Source: Azolla caroliniana
Taxonomy: Eukaryota > Plantae > Polypodiophyta
Direction: 5' to 3'
DNA length: 64,000 bases
NCBI GenBank assembly: GCA_043228905.1
Contig: JBHGNT010000001.1
Coordinates: 4,030,001-4,094,000, forward strand
Shown here: positions 1 to 12,797 of the stretch, piece by piece
Numbering within the stretch: the stretch's first letter is position 1
Layout: the number at the start of each line of letters is the position of its first letter
Program-made: the position numbers and the translations under genes
Notes under the pieces: model-generated
The model's database searches: none
Told to the model about the DNA's origin: nothing
Seen by the model: the letters and a program-made list of their open reading frames with translations, nothing else

Positions 1-130
1 AGGTCAGATGGAGCTTAACATTTGTGTTTTTCTTTGTAATTTTTGTGAGAACTTTTAATGACTTAAAGTTTTCTGAATAGTATTTAACAATTCGTTGTGT
101 CGATATTAACAATATTATGGTGAAGTGCAG

Positions 131-1718
131 CTCTTTTTGCAGTGGCAAGGGAAGTGGAATGCAACCATCCAATCTCAGGAGTTATTTAGAGCTTTCCTGA
201 GGCATTACAGTAATGCATACCTTGATGGAGAGAAACAGGACGCAATAAATATGTGAGTGCCATTGTTAGTTTCAACTCTTATTTACACGTGTCCCTTCTT
301 TTCAGATACGAAGATAACAAAAACTCAATGTGCAGATTTTTAGGGAATTTTCGTCCAGAAGCGGGCAAGCCCGACCTTTGGCAGCTAGACTCAGACAATC
401 ACTTGAAATTTAGACGAGTTGGAGATGATCCAGAGAATGATTTAAGGTAACTGATATTGTTCACTGACTACCTAATCTTGCATTACTCTCGTTATATAAT
501 TTATGAAACTGAAGAGCAACTTATATTGATATGAATATTATGTGCCTTTGTAGGCTATAATCTTGCATTACCCTTGTTATATAATTTTATGAACTGAAGA
601 GCAACTTATATTGATATGAATATTATGTGCCTGTATAGGCTATCATTCAGAAGATCACTCTCAGCTGGGAGTACAGTGGAGATGGTTGATAATTCAACTA
701 TTTTATCATCAGAGGTCGCATCCCAAATGGATTCAAATGCAATTCAAAAGTTGCGGCCATTCAAGAGTTCTTTCAATACAGCGAACAAGAGTTTGACACT
801 GAGTGATGCAGAATTACATCAATGTCTTGAAGATGTTGGAAGATCTGGAAGCTATTCCGATTCTGACATCAGGTATGTGCCAGTGTCATTAAGTCACATG
901 AGTGACGTTCTTTACATTTGGCCATGGATATAATTCAAAACAGTTTTTCTCTTTCTTTTTACATCAGTATAGCTGTAGCATTTCAGTTTGCATGAACTTA
1001 AAAGGCTGTAAGATGAGCGTTCACATCAGATCTTGTAGTTATTCGGATTGAATGAATGGCATCAAAACCTTGTCAAGGTTTAGTTAGGAAGCTCTCAGTA
1101 CATCTGTTTCATGTTTGTAAGCTGAAACTGTTTTTATTTCATTTGTTGGAATACCAAAAAAACATTGTTAACTAGTTATGAACCTCTCAGTATCTGTTGG
1201 GTGGCTGTAACCTGAAACAGTTTTTACTTTTTTTGCCAGATCTTGTAGTTTTCCAATTGAGTGAATTACGATAAAACATTGTTAATTGTTTGGTTAGGAA
1301 GTTCACAGAATATCTTGAAGCAATCCAGATTGGTTTCTTAGTCTTTTTAGCTTGTTATAGGAGTGAAGGGGGTCTTTGTGATAGTACTGATGCGGGCTGG
1401 ATGTCTTCATCAGGAGATGAAGTACAAGAAAGGTGAAACTAGAAATAACTTTTTATTTCACATATTTTAATCTCTTGATGGTGTTACCTCTTCATCTCCA
1501 CTCATCTTTTATGTGAGTTAGATGTCGTTACCAAGAGTATTTTATTCATGTTTGATCTATAAGTAATACTCGATTTACTTTGTCTCTACAGACACATCAC
1601 AAGAATGAACAACACAGAAAGTAATGGGACAGCCCCCAACAGTTGGCAGCATACACTTTCGGAAATTCTCAGGAGGGGGGAAGATAATGATGACCCAGAT
1701 GATCATTTTCAAGTATAA
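131..1718 (+). CDS. SAC-domain phosphoinositide phosphatase, FIG4/SAC1-5 type; 3' part only, gene starts before the window. Exons ~131-252, 336-446, 639-872, 1361-1432, 1592-1718
   Basis: Spliced translation LFLQWQGKWNATIQSQELFRAFLRHYSNAYLDGEKQDAINIFLGNFRPEAGKPDLWQLDSDNHL matches the conserved post-catalytic segment of plant SAC1/FIG4 (YSNAYTDGEKQDAINLFLG...PALWELDSD). A later WMSSSG motif is also present. GT-AG junctions keep frame to TAA at 1716-1718. Confidence 0.88.
473..642 (+). repeat. ~85-bp tandem duplication that includes the 3' splice acceptor of a SAC intron
   Basis: taatcttgcatta...gaagagcaacttatattgatatgaatattatgtgcc...tag|gcta occurs at 473-557 and 558-642. Confidence 0.9.
1027..1310 (+). 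repeat. Degenerate intronic tandem repeats (~100 bp)
   Basis: cagatcttgtagtt...gttaggaag at ~1027 and ~1237; ctctcagta..ctgtt..tgtaa.ctgaaac..ttttt at ~1092 and ~1184. Confidence 0.6.
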
Positions 1719-2260
1719 TATTGTGTTTTACATTTGATACCAAATAATCAGTTTTGTAGGTCAAATTCAGAATGTAGAGCTAATGAACAACCCTTTGTAT
1801 GCAGGATTTGACAGCTCTCTTGTTAAATGCCAAGTCCAAAAAAAGCTGAGCAAGATGTTTGGTGTACACACGAATCTGATTACAGGATGTAGCTGGCCAT
1901 CTGCAAGGGCTCCTCTTATTTTGACATTTTTGAACTATATATATTTGATTGTTTCAGTGGATAGACAAAGCTGAACATCAGATCCAAGGCAGACACCCGA
2001 TCATTCTATATATTGTAATTTACACTCAACTAATGGATAATAACGGAGGATGGGCGAGGCACAGCCTTGAGGAGACAATATTGTGACAGAATTTTGAAAA
2101 GAAAAAGTGGGCGCCCAACCAAACATCTCGTCTCACAATGAGATAATGCTTTACTCCCAAGGAGTCCATGGAGCTACCCATTCAGAATGCCTTTTTTTAT
2201 GACATATCGACCTTCTGTATTTATAGATGACATTTTAACCTAAAAGATTTCTCAAAAATT

Positions 2261-2534
2261 GTACAAATCATACCCGTGTATAAGGCTCCTGTATATTTCT
2301 CACCAATGTATGAAATAACATACTCATATATAAATGATTATACATCGCAATTATATTGAGGCCAAGGATCTTTAACTTGCATGAAAATGACCATTTAAAT
2401 CATAAATGTATAAATCATACCCGTGTCTAAGCTCCTGTATATTTCTCACCAATGTATGAAATAACATACTCATATATGATTGATTGTACATAGCAATTAT
2501 TTTGAGGCCAAGGATCTTTAACTTGCATGAAAAT
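2261..2534. repeat. Two-copy tandem duplication, ~147-bp period
   Basis: aaatcatacccgtgt...gctcctgtatatttctcaccaatgtatgaaataacatactcatatat...gaggccaaggatctttaacttgcatgaaaat appears twice, nearly identical. Confidence 0.92.
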
Positions 2535-3689
2535 CTATTGTAGTATAAAGTCAGAAGATGCAAATAAATTCATTGTAAGGCATATTGTTATGCAGTAAAG
2601 GTTCCTTATCTGTAATTCAATGGAATTAAAATGTGTCAAGTTTATCAGCACAATGCCTCTTGATTAAGGAGGGCCTTAAAAAGTTAGTCTGAATTGTATC
2701 TCAAGAAATTGCTACATAATATACAGATCAACTGCTAACTTCTTAGTTTCTTTACAGTTTGATTTTTCATGCAAGGATAGAGATACATGAAAAAATGGGA
2801 TCTAGATTAGACTACATGCATATTTGGAAGATGAGTCAAATCTAAATTTTAATCCATTAATCAGAAGATTATGATGTGTTTCCTAAGTTTGGAGAACTTC
2901 TCCTTCAAGAAAATCCCTCAAATTTGAAGGATCGTAAAATATGAATATAACTTAGAAAACAATATATACTTATCACACAGAATGAGATTAAATTCACTCT
3001 TTGAGATTTAGATTAGATTGATTGCAAACCGTATAAAGAAGAACAGAGATTATCAAAGGTAAGGATTATTACATGATTTGACAAAAAAATTCTCATTGTT
3101 GCAAATTTGACTTATGGTCTGGCTTGTACAAAAAGAGTGCCCTTCGGCAATAATTATTATTGGTCTACATTTGAGTCAATTATATAAACCAGTGTTCCAT
3201 GATCATTAACCAGATCAAGAGTGTGTAGACAAAATTTCAGTGGTTATAATCTTGCTTGGCGCTTCTCTTTTGGACATCTTAGAACAAGGCTTTGCTAAGA
3301 GCAAAAGCAAAGTAAAGTCCCAAAAGAAAGAAAGGTCCTTCAGTTAAGAAACCCAAATTAGCGAGGATATATATACGCAGAAGACTCTCATCATAGGCAA
3401 ACAAATATTTTACTTAAATATGAAGAAGAAGGGGGCGGAATGTCAATTCTAAATGATGAAGTCCTATGTATAATTAAAGTCTTTTGAGTTTCCAACCGCA
3501 GCTTTTTCTTCTCCTCCATCTTCCTACAAATGCAGGCAATAGAACTACTCCTAAGATTTATACCCTCAAAGGAGAGAACCAAGAAGAACTGGGATTTCAC
3601 ATTAAGCCATGGCATTTGCATCGCTCATCTCGCCATTATATTTCTTCTTTTGGTTTTCATCACACATTCCGCTTTTGATCATAAAAAAT

Positions 3690-6600
3690 TTAAACGAAAA
3701 ATGGTCTCGTCATACAAGGTCTCACAGGGGTTTTTGATGGGCTAACCCTGCAAAACAGAAAGTAGATATAACTCAATATCAGAAAATAGAGTTGCAGCGG
3801 AGATTGAAAACAAAGACTACATTTTCTAATTTACTCCATTTTTTCCTTTATATATACTAAGTTAATGTATGTGGAACTAGGAATTAAATACTACCAGTCC
3901 TAATGTACTCCATTTTTGTCTTTTTTTTATATATCCGAAGTTTATGCATGAGGCCAATTAGGAACACTACCCTTTCTTATTTTCTCCATTTTTTCTTTTA
4001 CATATTATAAGTTTATGTACATGGGCTTAGAATTAAAAACGCTGCCCTATCTTATTTACTCTATTTTTTCTTTTACATATGCAAAGTTTACGAATGTGGG
4101 ACTAGAATTCAAAAGAGTTGCATTTTTAATTAGGGACTAGAATCCTATTAAACCTTACCCTGACTGCTTTAAACCTATGATTTGATCATCCCCTCTTTTT
4201 GTTCGACAACAAAATAAAGCCTTTATATCATAGTTACCTGATTGGAAGCGAACCCAGTATAGCACCACTGCAGTTCAGTGCATTTATAGCACTTTCAGCC
4301 TGCAAAGATAATAAACCAATAACTAAAGACAAGACTTGCTAATGCTGTGGAATGATAACACATTACTGGGGAAAACCCCAATAACAACCTAGAAAGGTAA
4401 TACATGCTTGCCTATCTGCTGCGTGAGCTATCTTTGAGATAAATTCCAAAGCATTAATTCATAATTAACTCCAAGTTTTTGTTTCCGTATGATTCAAAAC
4501 AACAAGGATACATATATACTAACACATTATGTATTTGTCCAAATAAAATGACATCAGCATCTGACATATTGGATGCAGAGGAACTATTTTCTATGGGTGA
4601 TGTGGTGTGCCACAGGGTTATACAGCAAATAATAAAGATTAGTGTCCTCAACTCAGATTTTAACATGAAAATTTCTTTCCTATTATGTTGCTGTATACAA
4701 TAGATGATAAGTTTATGATACATAGTACATACCATGACAAATTCAACAAAAGCAATGCGTGTGGAATGGCGATAATCTCCAAGTAGCCTGAGTCGTGCAA
4801 CCTGAATTGACGACGATGACATGCTTCATGCATTCATAGCTTGACAGCCCCTACTACTAAAGAAATACACTCTCAACTGTAGGAAGATTACCTCGCCACA
4901 TATAGATTCGAAAAATAGCCTCACTTCTGCTTGAGACACCTACAAGAAACGATTATGGATTCCAAACTCAAAAACAATCAGATTCATGACTCGACTGCAA
5001 ACAAAGATGTCCATTAACAGCCACATACACAAATGCAACACACCTTCTTATCAATATTCGTACAATAAATTGTCCTCGCACACATTTCACGCTCATTCTC
5101 AGACTGAAGAGAACAAAATACATATGTAAGTCCACCAGTTTCAGAGTCAATATGATAAACATTTAGAAAATGCATGACACTGACAGATTTCAAAATATAC
5201 CTGAGGTAAAAATGTGGGATTGACTGGTATTATAGCAGTCTTCGAGGGCAAAACTCTCACAGGATAAAATCCCAGCATTGTGCCAGCAAGACTGAGTGCT
5301 CTGCGAGCTCCCTCTGTTAAAGGTAAAAACATTCCAAAGACTGTAAATGTTTGCCTATGCATTCCATACCTCTATACCCCTATATTAGAGTGATAATCGC
5401 AAGTTATTGCCCACCTTCATCAGTGAACTCTACGAAAGCAAAACGAAGGACCGAGTTTGGGTCTCCACACACACGACAATCCACCACCTGTCACAAGATC
5501 ACTCAATAAGTATGATATAACAAATTTCAATAAGGTAGATAGCTGCTGTATCAGGCTATCAAAAGAATTACCTGTCCACATGTAAGAAAGAGGCCTGCTA
5601 GCTGCTCTTCTGTAACCTGCAAGTTCATTGTAATTCAGAAATCCTCTATTAGGAATCATACAAATTTAGATGATTGTAACTTCATGATGATGATGATGAT
5701 GATAGACAAAGATGCGCTTGAAAATTAAATGCTAAACAAGAATATTACAAGGAGAAGGAGCATGATTGATGTGATGAGTTAGGATTATTACTCCCACCTG
5801 GTGGTCGATATCTGAAACATAAACTGTCCTCCGAACGCTATCATCCCTCTGTGCTCTCTGTAATCTGCTATTTATGCGACGCTCATTGCTGGCATAGCCA
5901 TTTTTCTTCTATGTACATTCCAGTAAAACATTCACATTATAAACACTAGAAAATGTGACATTAAAATCTACTCGAGAAAAGGTCAATTATAATTTAATGC
6001 AGATGTCTCATAAAACCATAGACTTCCATAAATCTTCATCTTTCATTAGCAAATGCATAAACGATGCATGAATTCACTGTTAGTTTAGATGCTAATGCAA
6101 TGTGCAGTACATTGATGCAATACATATTGTTGTACGAACTAATACACTGCACAGTGATGCAATGCATGGTCTATATAGTCGTGTAACTTAATATTTGGTA
6201 TATTGATGTATATGACCATTTGCACTGGTGTATTTTCACAAAAGGGGCAACATACTATATTCTTCAATGATCAATCAGATACATGAATCTTCCTTCTTAA
6301 TTTTCAGCTAAGACTTGAATCATATGACCACCCAATGATATGAATTATGATGCATGGATTTGTTATTCAGTATTCACTTATGTAACACATGGTATATCAT
6401 TTTACGTTGGCGTATTTCAACTAAAGCAAGAGCGTTATATTGTTCATTAAATCATCTAGCTGTGTCAGATTTCCATTCTTGTTTTTCAAGAAAGAATAAA
6501 TCATTTTACCAACTAATCGATATAGAATGTCTGATCTCTTTTCTGGTCAAGAATCCAATCATTTTAACATCCAAATAAGTTCTGATTTCCATTCTCGTTT

Positions 6601-7516
6601 TTCATGCAAGAATGGAATCATTTTTCCCATCAATCTCGATTTCTGATTTCCGTTCTCATTTTTCAGGTGAGATTTGAAACATTTTATATTCCAATCCAAA
6701 TTCCTATTTCCATTCTAGTTTTTGAGCCAGAATCATTTTATTATCCAATTCAAACTCAGATTTCTATTCTTGTAAATTTCAGTAAGACTCCAATCATTTT
6801 AACATCCAATCCGAACTTCTTCGCATAATCAAATTCTACAATGTCATGTCACCAAGAAAGAGCGTAAATGAAGAAGTAAATTCGCCACAAACATGTAGCT
6901 AAGCTGTCACAGGAAGAACCGTTAAGAGCATAGAAGACACATAACTGACCTTTCGATTACCGTTGCTTCCTAGTTTGTTTGCGTTCATAGACGACATATC
7001 CAAGGAACCATCAAGGAGAGATGGAGGAACAAACTCTTTAGCGTGTGGGTTAAGCTTTGAGAAGAGATCTTCGAGCTCTCTCACGGTGCTTCCATGGAGC
7101 CCATTTTGATCATTTCCTCCTTCTGACGAAACAGATGATGAAAAAGAAGAAGAATTAAGGATTCTATTGCCATTCTCAAAATTAGTGTTTTGATTTCCAC
7201 TCTCAAGATTGGGGTTTCCATTGCCATTCTCAAAAGTCGTGATTCGATTGCCATTCTCAATATTGGGGTTTCCCTTTCCCTTCTCCAGTTTTGGGTTTCC
7301 ATTGCCATTCTCAATTTTAGGGTTCCCATTTCCATTCCCAAAATTAGGGCTCCCATTCCCATTCTCTGTTTCTAAATTAAGGTTCCGATCAGTATCAGAT
7401 ACCACAAGAGATTCAGAGATAGGTAGGGATTGGAGCTCATCTGGACGATCTTGATCGTGGGTTGTGATGAGTTCAGGTGTGGATTCTACGGTTGAGGAAG
7501 AATCGAGAACAGCCAT
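3690..7516 (-). CDS. Poly(A)-binding-protein-interacting RNA-binding protein, CID8-13 family (PAM2 motif + two RRMs). Exons ~7516-6950, 5908-5798, 5617-5572, 5487-5415, 5313-5201, 5102-5044, 4939-4892, 4801-4732, 4299-4238, 3747-3690
   Basis: PAM2 motif ELEDLFSKLNPHAKEFVPPS; RRM1 SVRRTVYVSDIDHQVTEEQLAGLF...VVDCRVCGDPNSVLRFAFVEF; MLGFYPVRVLPSKTAIIPVNPTFLP; RRM2 VARLRLLGDYRHSTRIAFVEF; C-terminus RVSPSKTPVRP; canonical splice sites. Confidence 0.93.
3816..4110. repeat. ~75-bp degenerate tandem repeat (about 4 copies) in the last CID intron
   Basis: Recurring ctac...ttactccattttt..tttatatat..aagtttatg...gg..tag(g)aatt. Confidence 0.7.
6465..6810. repeat. ~55-60-bp degenerate tandem repeat (about 6 copies) in CID intron 1
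   Basis: Recurring tc(a/t)gatttccattct.gtttttca...aatcatttta...atcc. Confidence 0.7.
7151..7366 (-). repeat. Coding minisatellite, 8 x 27 bp (9-aa unit ENGNGNPxx)
   Basis: ENGNGSPNF GNGNGNPKI ENGNGNPKL EKGKGNPNI ENGNRITTF ENGNGNPNL ESGNQNTNF ENGNRILNS in CID exon 1; exactly 216 bp. Confidence 0.9.
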
Positions 7517-7537
7517 GAAAACAAGGGTAGAAAAAAA

Positions 7538-7886
7538 AGAAAGAGAGAGAGAGAGAGAGTATAAAACAGAGAGCAGATACGGAGATGGAAGATGGCTCTG
7601 ATCAGTACGGAGAAATGAATGATGAAGATGGAGGATGGCTCTGATCAGAACAGAGAGATGAATGGAGAAAATATTGGGGACAAAAATGGAATAAATTGAA
7701 AAGAGAGAGGGAGAGAGAGAGAGAGAGAGAGAGGAGTGGGGGAGCTGTGAGCTCAATTTTGTTGGTAGGCAATGGAAGAAGAAAAAGAAGAGAGGAACAG
7801 AGGAAAACAGAGGAAAGGGGAAAACAGAGGATGGAGAAGAGAAAAATGAAGAAGAAGAAGAAGAAGAAGAAGAAGAAGGGCAAGTC

Positions 7887-7921
<35 letters not shown>

Positions 7922-8116
7922 GGGAGAAAAAAGAAGAGAAAAAAAGTGCATGTAAAAAACAAAAGTAAAGGTGGTCGATTTTTTGTTGCTCTTCTTCCCA
8001 CTTTATAATTTTTTTGTTCTCTTTTTTTACACACACACACACACACCCCCAACCCAACCCAACCCAACCCAAAACCCCATATTTGTGTTCATTTTAGTCC
8101 TCTTCTTCTTCAATTT

Positions 8117-8149
<33 letters not shown>

Positions 8150-8150
8150 A
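7538..8150. repeat. Microsatellite cluster (GA)n, (AAG)n, (CA)n, (CCCAA)n, (CTA)n in the CID 5' UTR/promoter
   Basis: Simple repeats directly visible; they account for the low-complexity ORFs listed here. Confidence 0.9.
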
Positions 8151-8789
8151 TTCTAGGCATACCCAGCTTCCTTCTACCAATTCTAGATGCGGCACGGCCT
8201 CCCCGACACGCTCCTCCGCCCCCCCCCCCCCCACCCTTCTTCTGCCCATTCCACAAATCCGGAGCCTCTTCATCCTGTGGACTCGAATTGTCCGGTCTTC
8301 TGAACACATGCATGCCATCGAGTACACCTGTGACAGGACCCTTGATACGAATCCCTCATTGTGCGTGCATCGTCTCTAGATGATGTAAGCAATCACTACG
8401 GAGTTGCCATCAACATCGTGAGAGCAAGCCCAATGTCTGTTCGTGTAAGTTTTAGCTTACCCCCCCCCCCCCCCCAACATTGCTCCTCCTTTTTTCTCCC
8501 CCTCCACTTTCGTACTTCATGATGAGCGTCGACCCAAACTCTCAATATATAATCGTGGAAATGAACGGACAATGATTGATGTGATGGTCACTCCAATCGA
8601 ATGGTGTGCATTATTGTGTATCGACCCTTGGGACAAAATTGTGAGCCTACTGCTAGTCATCGTCATCGTTACTAAGTTCATACATATTTCATCAATCATG
8701 TGAAAGACAATTCCCGATGTTCATCCACTCCGTAAAAAAAAAAAAAAAACCCTGCATGCATGACACACCAAATTTTCATTAAGGTAGTA

Positions 8790-9690
8790 GTCTAAAATTT
8801 AAATGCAAGAATTAACTCATTAACATGTTCAACAATGACTATTGGTTACCGTTACTTAACTCATAATTGGATCTTGTGCGATGACAAAAACAAATGATTT
8901 TGAAGTATACTAGGGTAATGGGACTAATATATATATGTGCACTTTATTTTTTTCATTAATTTGACGTAGTAATGAGTAAGACAACCTTAATGATTCTATT
9001 TGATTAATGTGGTGTTACAATATGTGATAAATATTTGGTAGCAATTGTTTAACTTAACATGGCTACAATGTTATTGTAGATTATGATTTCCACCAACACC
9101 AACACTAGTCTCATTAGCAAAAGAAATGATGCGCTAAGCACATGTGCTTGATGGCCAAGAGGTTCGTCTCAATCGCAAAGCCTAAACAATGTAAAATGAA
9201 TGAGTGCCACACAATAATGACTTGGAAAAACTCATTCATGATGATGAAAATGGTTGAGGATATCCAACTTGTTTTTATCACCCTTTATGGTTTTCACAAA
9301 AACAATTCAACATCTAATTCTATGTCTTTGTCTACAATTGAACATTTGTTCAAAGATAAACTTCCATCATATTAATTATGTGCATTGAATATGTCAAGCC
9401 ATCTTTCAATAACGTGACAAATGTGAAGGTTTAAGGGATGTGAGATTTTAGATTTTGAATCTTGATGTGTGGGAAGTCACACAAAAGAGTCGATGAGTAG
9501 TTGGACAAAAAGGGCAAAGCCAAAGCATACTTGCCATGGTATGATGAACGAAGTACACGTGCCTTCTCCATTCATAACAACATACAATCGAAAAAACAAA
9601 ATCTTGACATTCAAGAGATTTTATTTTTTTTAAACGGCATTGCCAAAACTCAGTTTCCCAAGCATTTTTCTTGATATGAAGCCACAACAA
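8790..9690 (-). mobile_element. Possible heavily decayed hAT-type transposase relic
   Basis: Broken minus-strand fragments WWKS (~9084-9095), TIATKYLS (~9025-9048) and EHVNELIL are in the order of the hAT C-terminal dimerisation motif; many stops and frameshifts. Confidence 0.3.
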
Positions 9691-10876
9691 GATTCAACGT
9701 GTTAATAATATATAGCATTTGTTGGTTTATTCCAACTTTCACAAACCTCATGTCGGAATATGCTCTCTATTTATTACATCCTAAATAAAACCATTGCTCC
9801 TTGCCACAAAAACCAAGTCTACCTAGGGAGAAGCAAATGTTTTAGAACAACTATGTCGATCGCTCTAGTAAAATACATAGTTACCGTAGACTTACAACAA
9901 AGAGTAGAAATATATACGAGGATTTGTGGTCAAATTCGGAAAAACTTTTCATCAACCATGGAAATATTCCCAACACTCTTATTACATAGACATTGGAGTT
10001 GAAGGAAGGGTTCATGTACACTTAAAAAAATCCTCTTATGATTTCATGAAGGGAAGTTGTACAATGAATTTCCGTATATGTGCCATGTTTTTAATAAGTT
10101 ACGATAATGCTATAAAATTCTCAAAAGGGGGGGGGGGGGGGGTATTTTCTTACAACCACTTTCCTTCGCAACATCTAATGTTCGTCTAACATTGTAGTAC
10201 CAAACACCCTAGATAACTTGTTGACCCTTGTGCTTCTTGTAAGAACCATGTACTGTTCTTGCAAATTATGGTCAATATGTACCTCAAACCTTCCCAAACT
10301 ACACAAGATCAAGATATCCACATACATTGTTTTCCTTTGACCAACAAGAACACACCATATCAAGTTTATAAGAATCAAACAATGGACGAGAAGCTGTTTG
10401 GCCCGTCCCGTGTCAGTGATTATATATGGAATAATGAATTCAGTATGTAGCATCCAAATGCATGACTTTCGTGGTGAGCAGAATGGATAATAAAGCCACT
10501 TACTTTCATTGGAACTAACGAGAACCGAACAGAAGCATGGATCGTTCCATTCGGTGGGGGGTATTTCAGCCATCCGATGGCAACTAGTAAATTTGGGAGA
10601 CGAAGATCCATATAGGAAACGAGCACGTATATGTCCCGGGGCTATGTATAGGAGGATATTACAAGCATTTCGATTACATCCGGTCTGCACGGTGCGAGGA
10701 GATCCGCGGCTCCGGGAGGTGGGGGGGGGGGGGTTTAAACATACAAAGATTTTGAATGAAGAGGCACCCATGAATATGTACATATGTGAGTGACAAAGTG
10801 CAAGCAGAAAGCAGAAAGCAGAAAGCAGAACGCAGAAAGCAGAAAGCAGAGGCAGAGAGGTTTTGGAGGGTTTGGA

Positions 10877-12797
10877 ATGCTGTCAAGGCAGGGAATTGGG
10901 AGGGCAGCAGCAGCACTCTGGCGATGGCCCCGATCTTCTCATATCCGATCTGCACCAGCAGGATGTATCCTCACCACCGTGTTGGCATGGCAGCATCGGC
11001 CTTATGCCAGCCGGAGCGCCGCCGATGGGTATCTCGTCGAGCTCCTCAACACCGAAATCGAACAAGAGCATCGCCAGCACCGCCTCCCGCCTCAGGGTAT
11101 CATCGGCAATGAAGACAAGGTTAGTTGTCACACACCCTCCGCCTATTTTGAGCTTTTAGAGAGTGAGAAGAGGTTTCTATATGTGATTCCCAAGACTGAG
11201 GTCTGATTTGTATGTGATTCTCGAGAGCGAGAGCGAGAGACGTCATTTATTCGCGACTTTCAATAGAGAGAGAGAGAGATGTCATTCTATATGTAATTTT
11301 CAAGAGAGAGAATGATGATGATAATGAGACAAGGTTAATCCATCTGTAATTGGATAGAGATGATGATGATGCCAGTGAATAATACTGAGGAAGCTATTAA
11401 AGCCATGAACTATGGGACCCCACAAAAAATTGCATAATTGTATTTCATCTGAGACATCAGAACATCCGGAATCATCAAATAGGGAGTATATAAATATATA
11501 TGTAGAAGGAAAGGGGCTAGCTACTAGATAGACTGATGAGGAGGTATGCTGGATTAGTCTATCAAAGGAGAACCTTTTTATCTTTTTATACCTCTGTTAG
11601 AGACCCAAATTGGGCTATCACACAAACCTTGTACAATTTTGCATGATGTCCAGGTATGCAGGACACAAAGAAATGGCAAGGTACTAAAATCAAAGATAAA
11701 TAATAGAGAATGAAAAAACTTATAGACAGATTTAGAGAGTTAAATCTTAAGAGTTAGAGTGGGGAGAGAATGGGAGCTCTATATCTAGGGAATCATATAC
11801 AACTCTATATGCATAAAGTATACTACCAGTATGAAAATCCTAGACTTCTTTTTATATTGATTTATTCTTCCATGTTTTCATCTTGTGAGATCGTAAGTTG
11901 GTGAAAGAAAACATGTAAAATCATGTGCATATTGTCTGTTTATTTTCTCAGATCACCATTGTTGGCCCCTTTCAATTAATAGACAAACCAGGCATGGAGG
12001 ATGTGTTATTGACGAGAACAGTCGGAACTGAACAGATTGAGATTATTTGCATGCTCGAGAAGCAATACCCGGAGGAAGAAGACGAAGAGGAGGAGCAAAG
12101 GTTGCAACATAAGCATTCTCATCACTATAATAAGAGCAAATCATCACAAGTTGAGGATGAGCCAGAGGAAACAGTGGAGGTTCTTCATTTAAGTGTGAAT
12201 ATGAAGAAAGGGGAGGTGACCCTGGAACTAGATTGCAGTTTTGTCCGAGGGGCGAGAGAGGTGATGATTGAATATGTGGTGCTCCACGAATCCAATTCGA
12301 CTAAGTTGGTTGGGCAACCTGAGCCTTATGGAGGACCGATCTTTGAGTATGTCATGATGCACCCACCCTATTTTGTTCTTGATTTTATTCTAAGAATCTT
12401 CTTCTTTTTTAAGGGTTTAGGGGTAAATCAAGTTCACCCAAATCTTGTCGTTTTATAAGTGGAAGAAGATATGGGTTTTTATGTACCTATTTTTGAGTAT
12501 GTTTGTTCCTTTGATCTTGATTTCATGCTAACAATCTTGTTGTTTTCTAAGCAAAGCTATGGGTATAGGTTGACAACACAATGCGCACCAGGTTATCACA
12601 TTGGCTTCTAATCCCTGCCTGGTCTGGGTTGTTTCAGGGACTTGGATGAAGATCTTCAACGAGCATTCCACGAACTTGTAAAGGCTAGGGGAGTTTCCGT
12701 TGATGTTGCGAGGTATATGATGGACTACATGTCTAACAAGGAGAGTACGGAATATGTGCGTTGGCTACACAAGCTAAAAACATTTTTCACATGTTGA
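10877..12797 (+). CDS. Mitochondrial glycoprotein, MAM33/p32 family. Exons 10877-11119, 11952-12346, 12638-12797
   Basis: Arg/Ala/Ser-rich presequence-like N-terminus; LVELLNTEIEQE; PFQLIDKPGMEDVLLTR; acidic loop; C-terminal PYGGPIFEDLDEDLQRAFHELVKARGV...DYMSNKESTEYVRWLHKLKTF typical of MAM33. Confidence 0.9.

Noticed and set aside
7081-7454. Overlapping repetitive ORFs (GFPFPFS..., MAMET...)
   Set aside because: Alternative-frame and antisense readings of the CID coding minisatellite
7602-8327. Several ORFs rich in RE, K, F, L, SL or V runs
   Set aside because: They are translations of (GA)n, (AAG)n, (CA)n and (CTA)n microsatellites in UTR/promoter DNA
10175-10793. 202-aa minus-strand ORF and overlapping plus-strand ORFs upstream of MAM33
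   Set aside because: No recognisable domain, runs through a poly-G tract; probably promoter DNA
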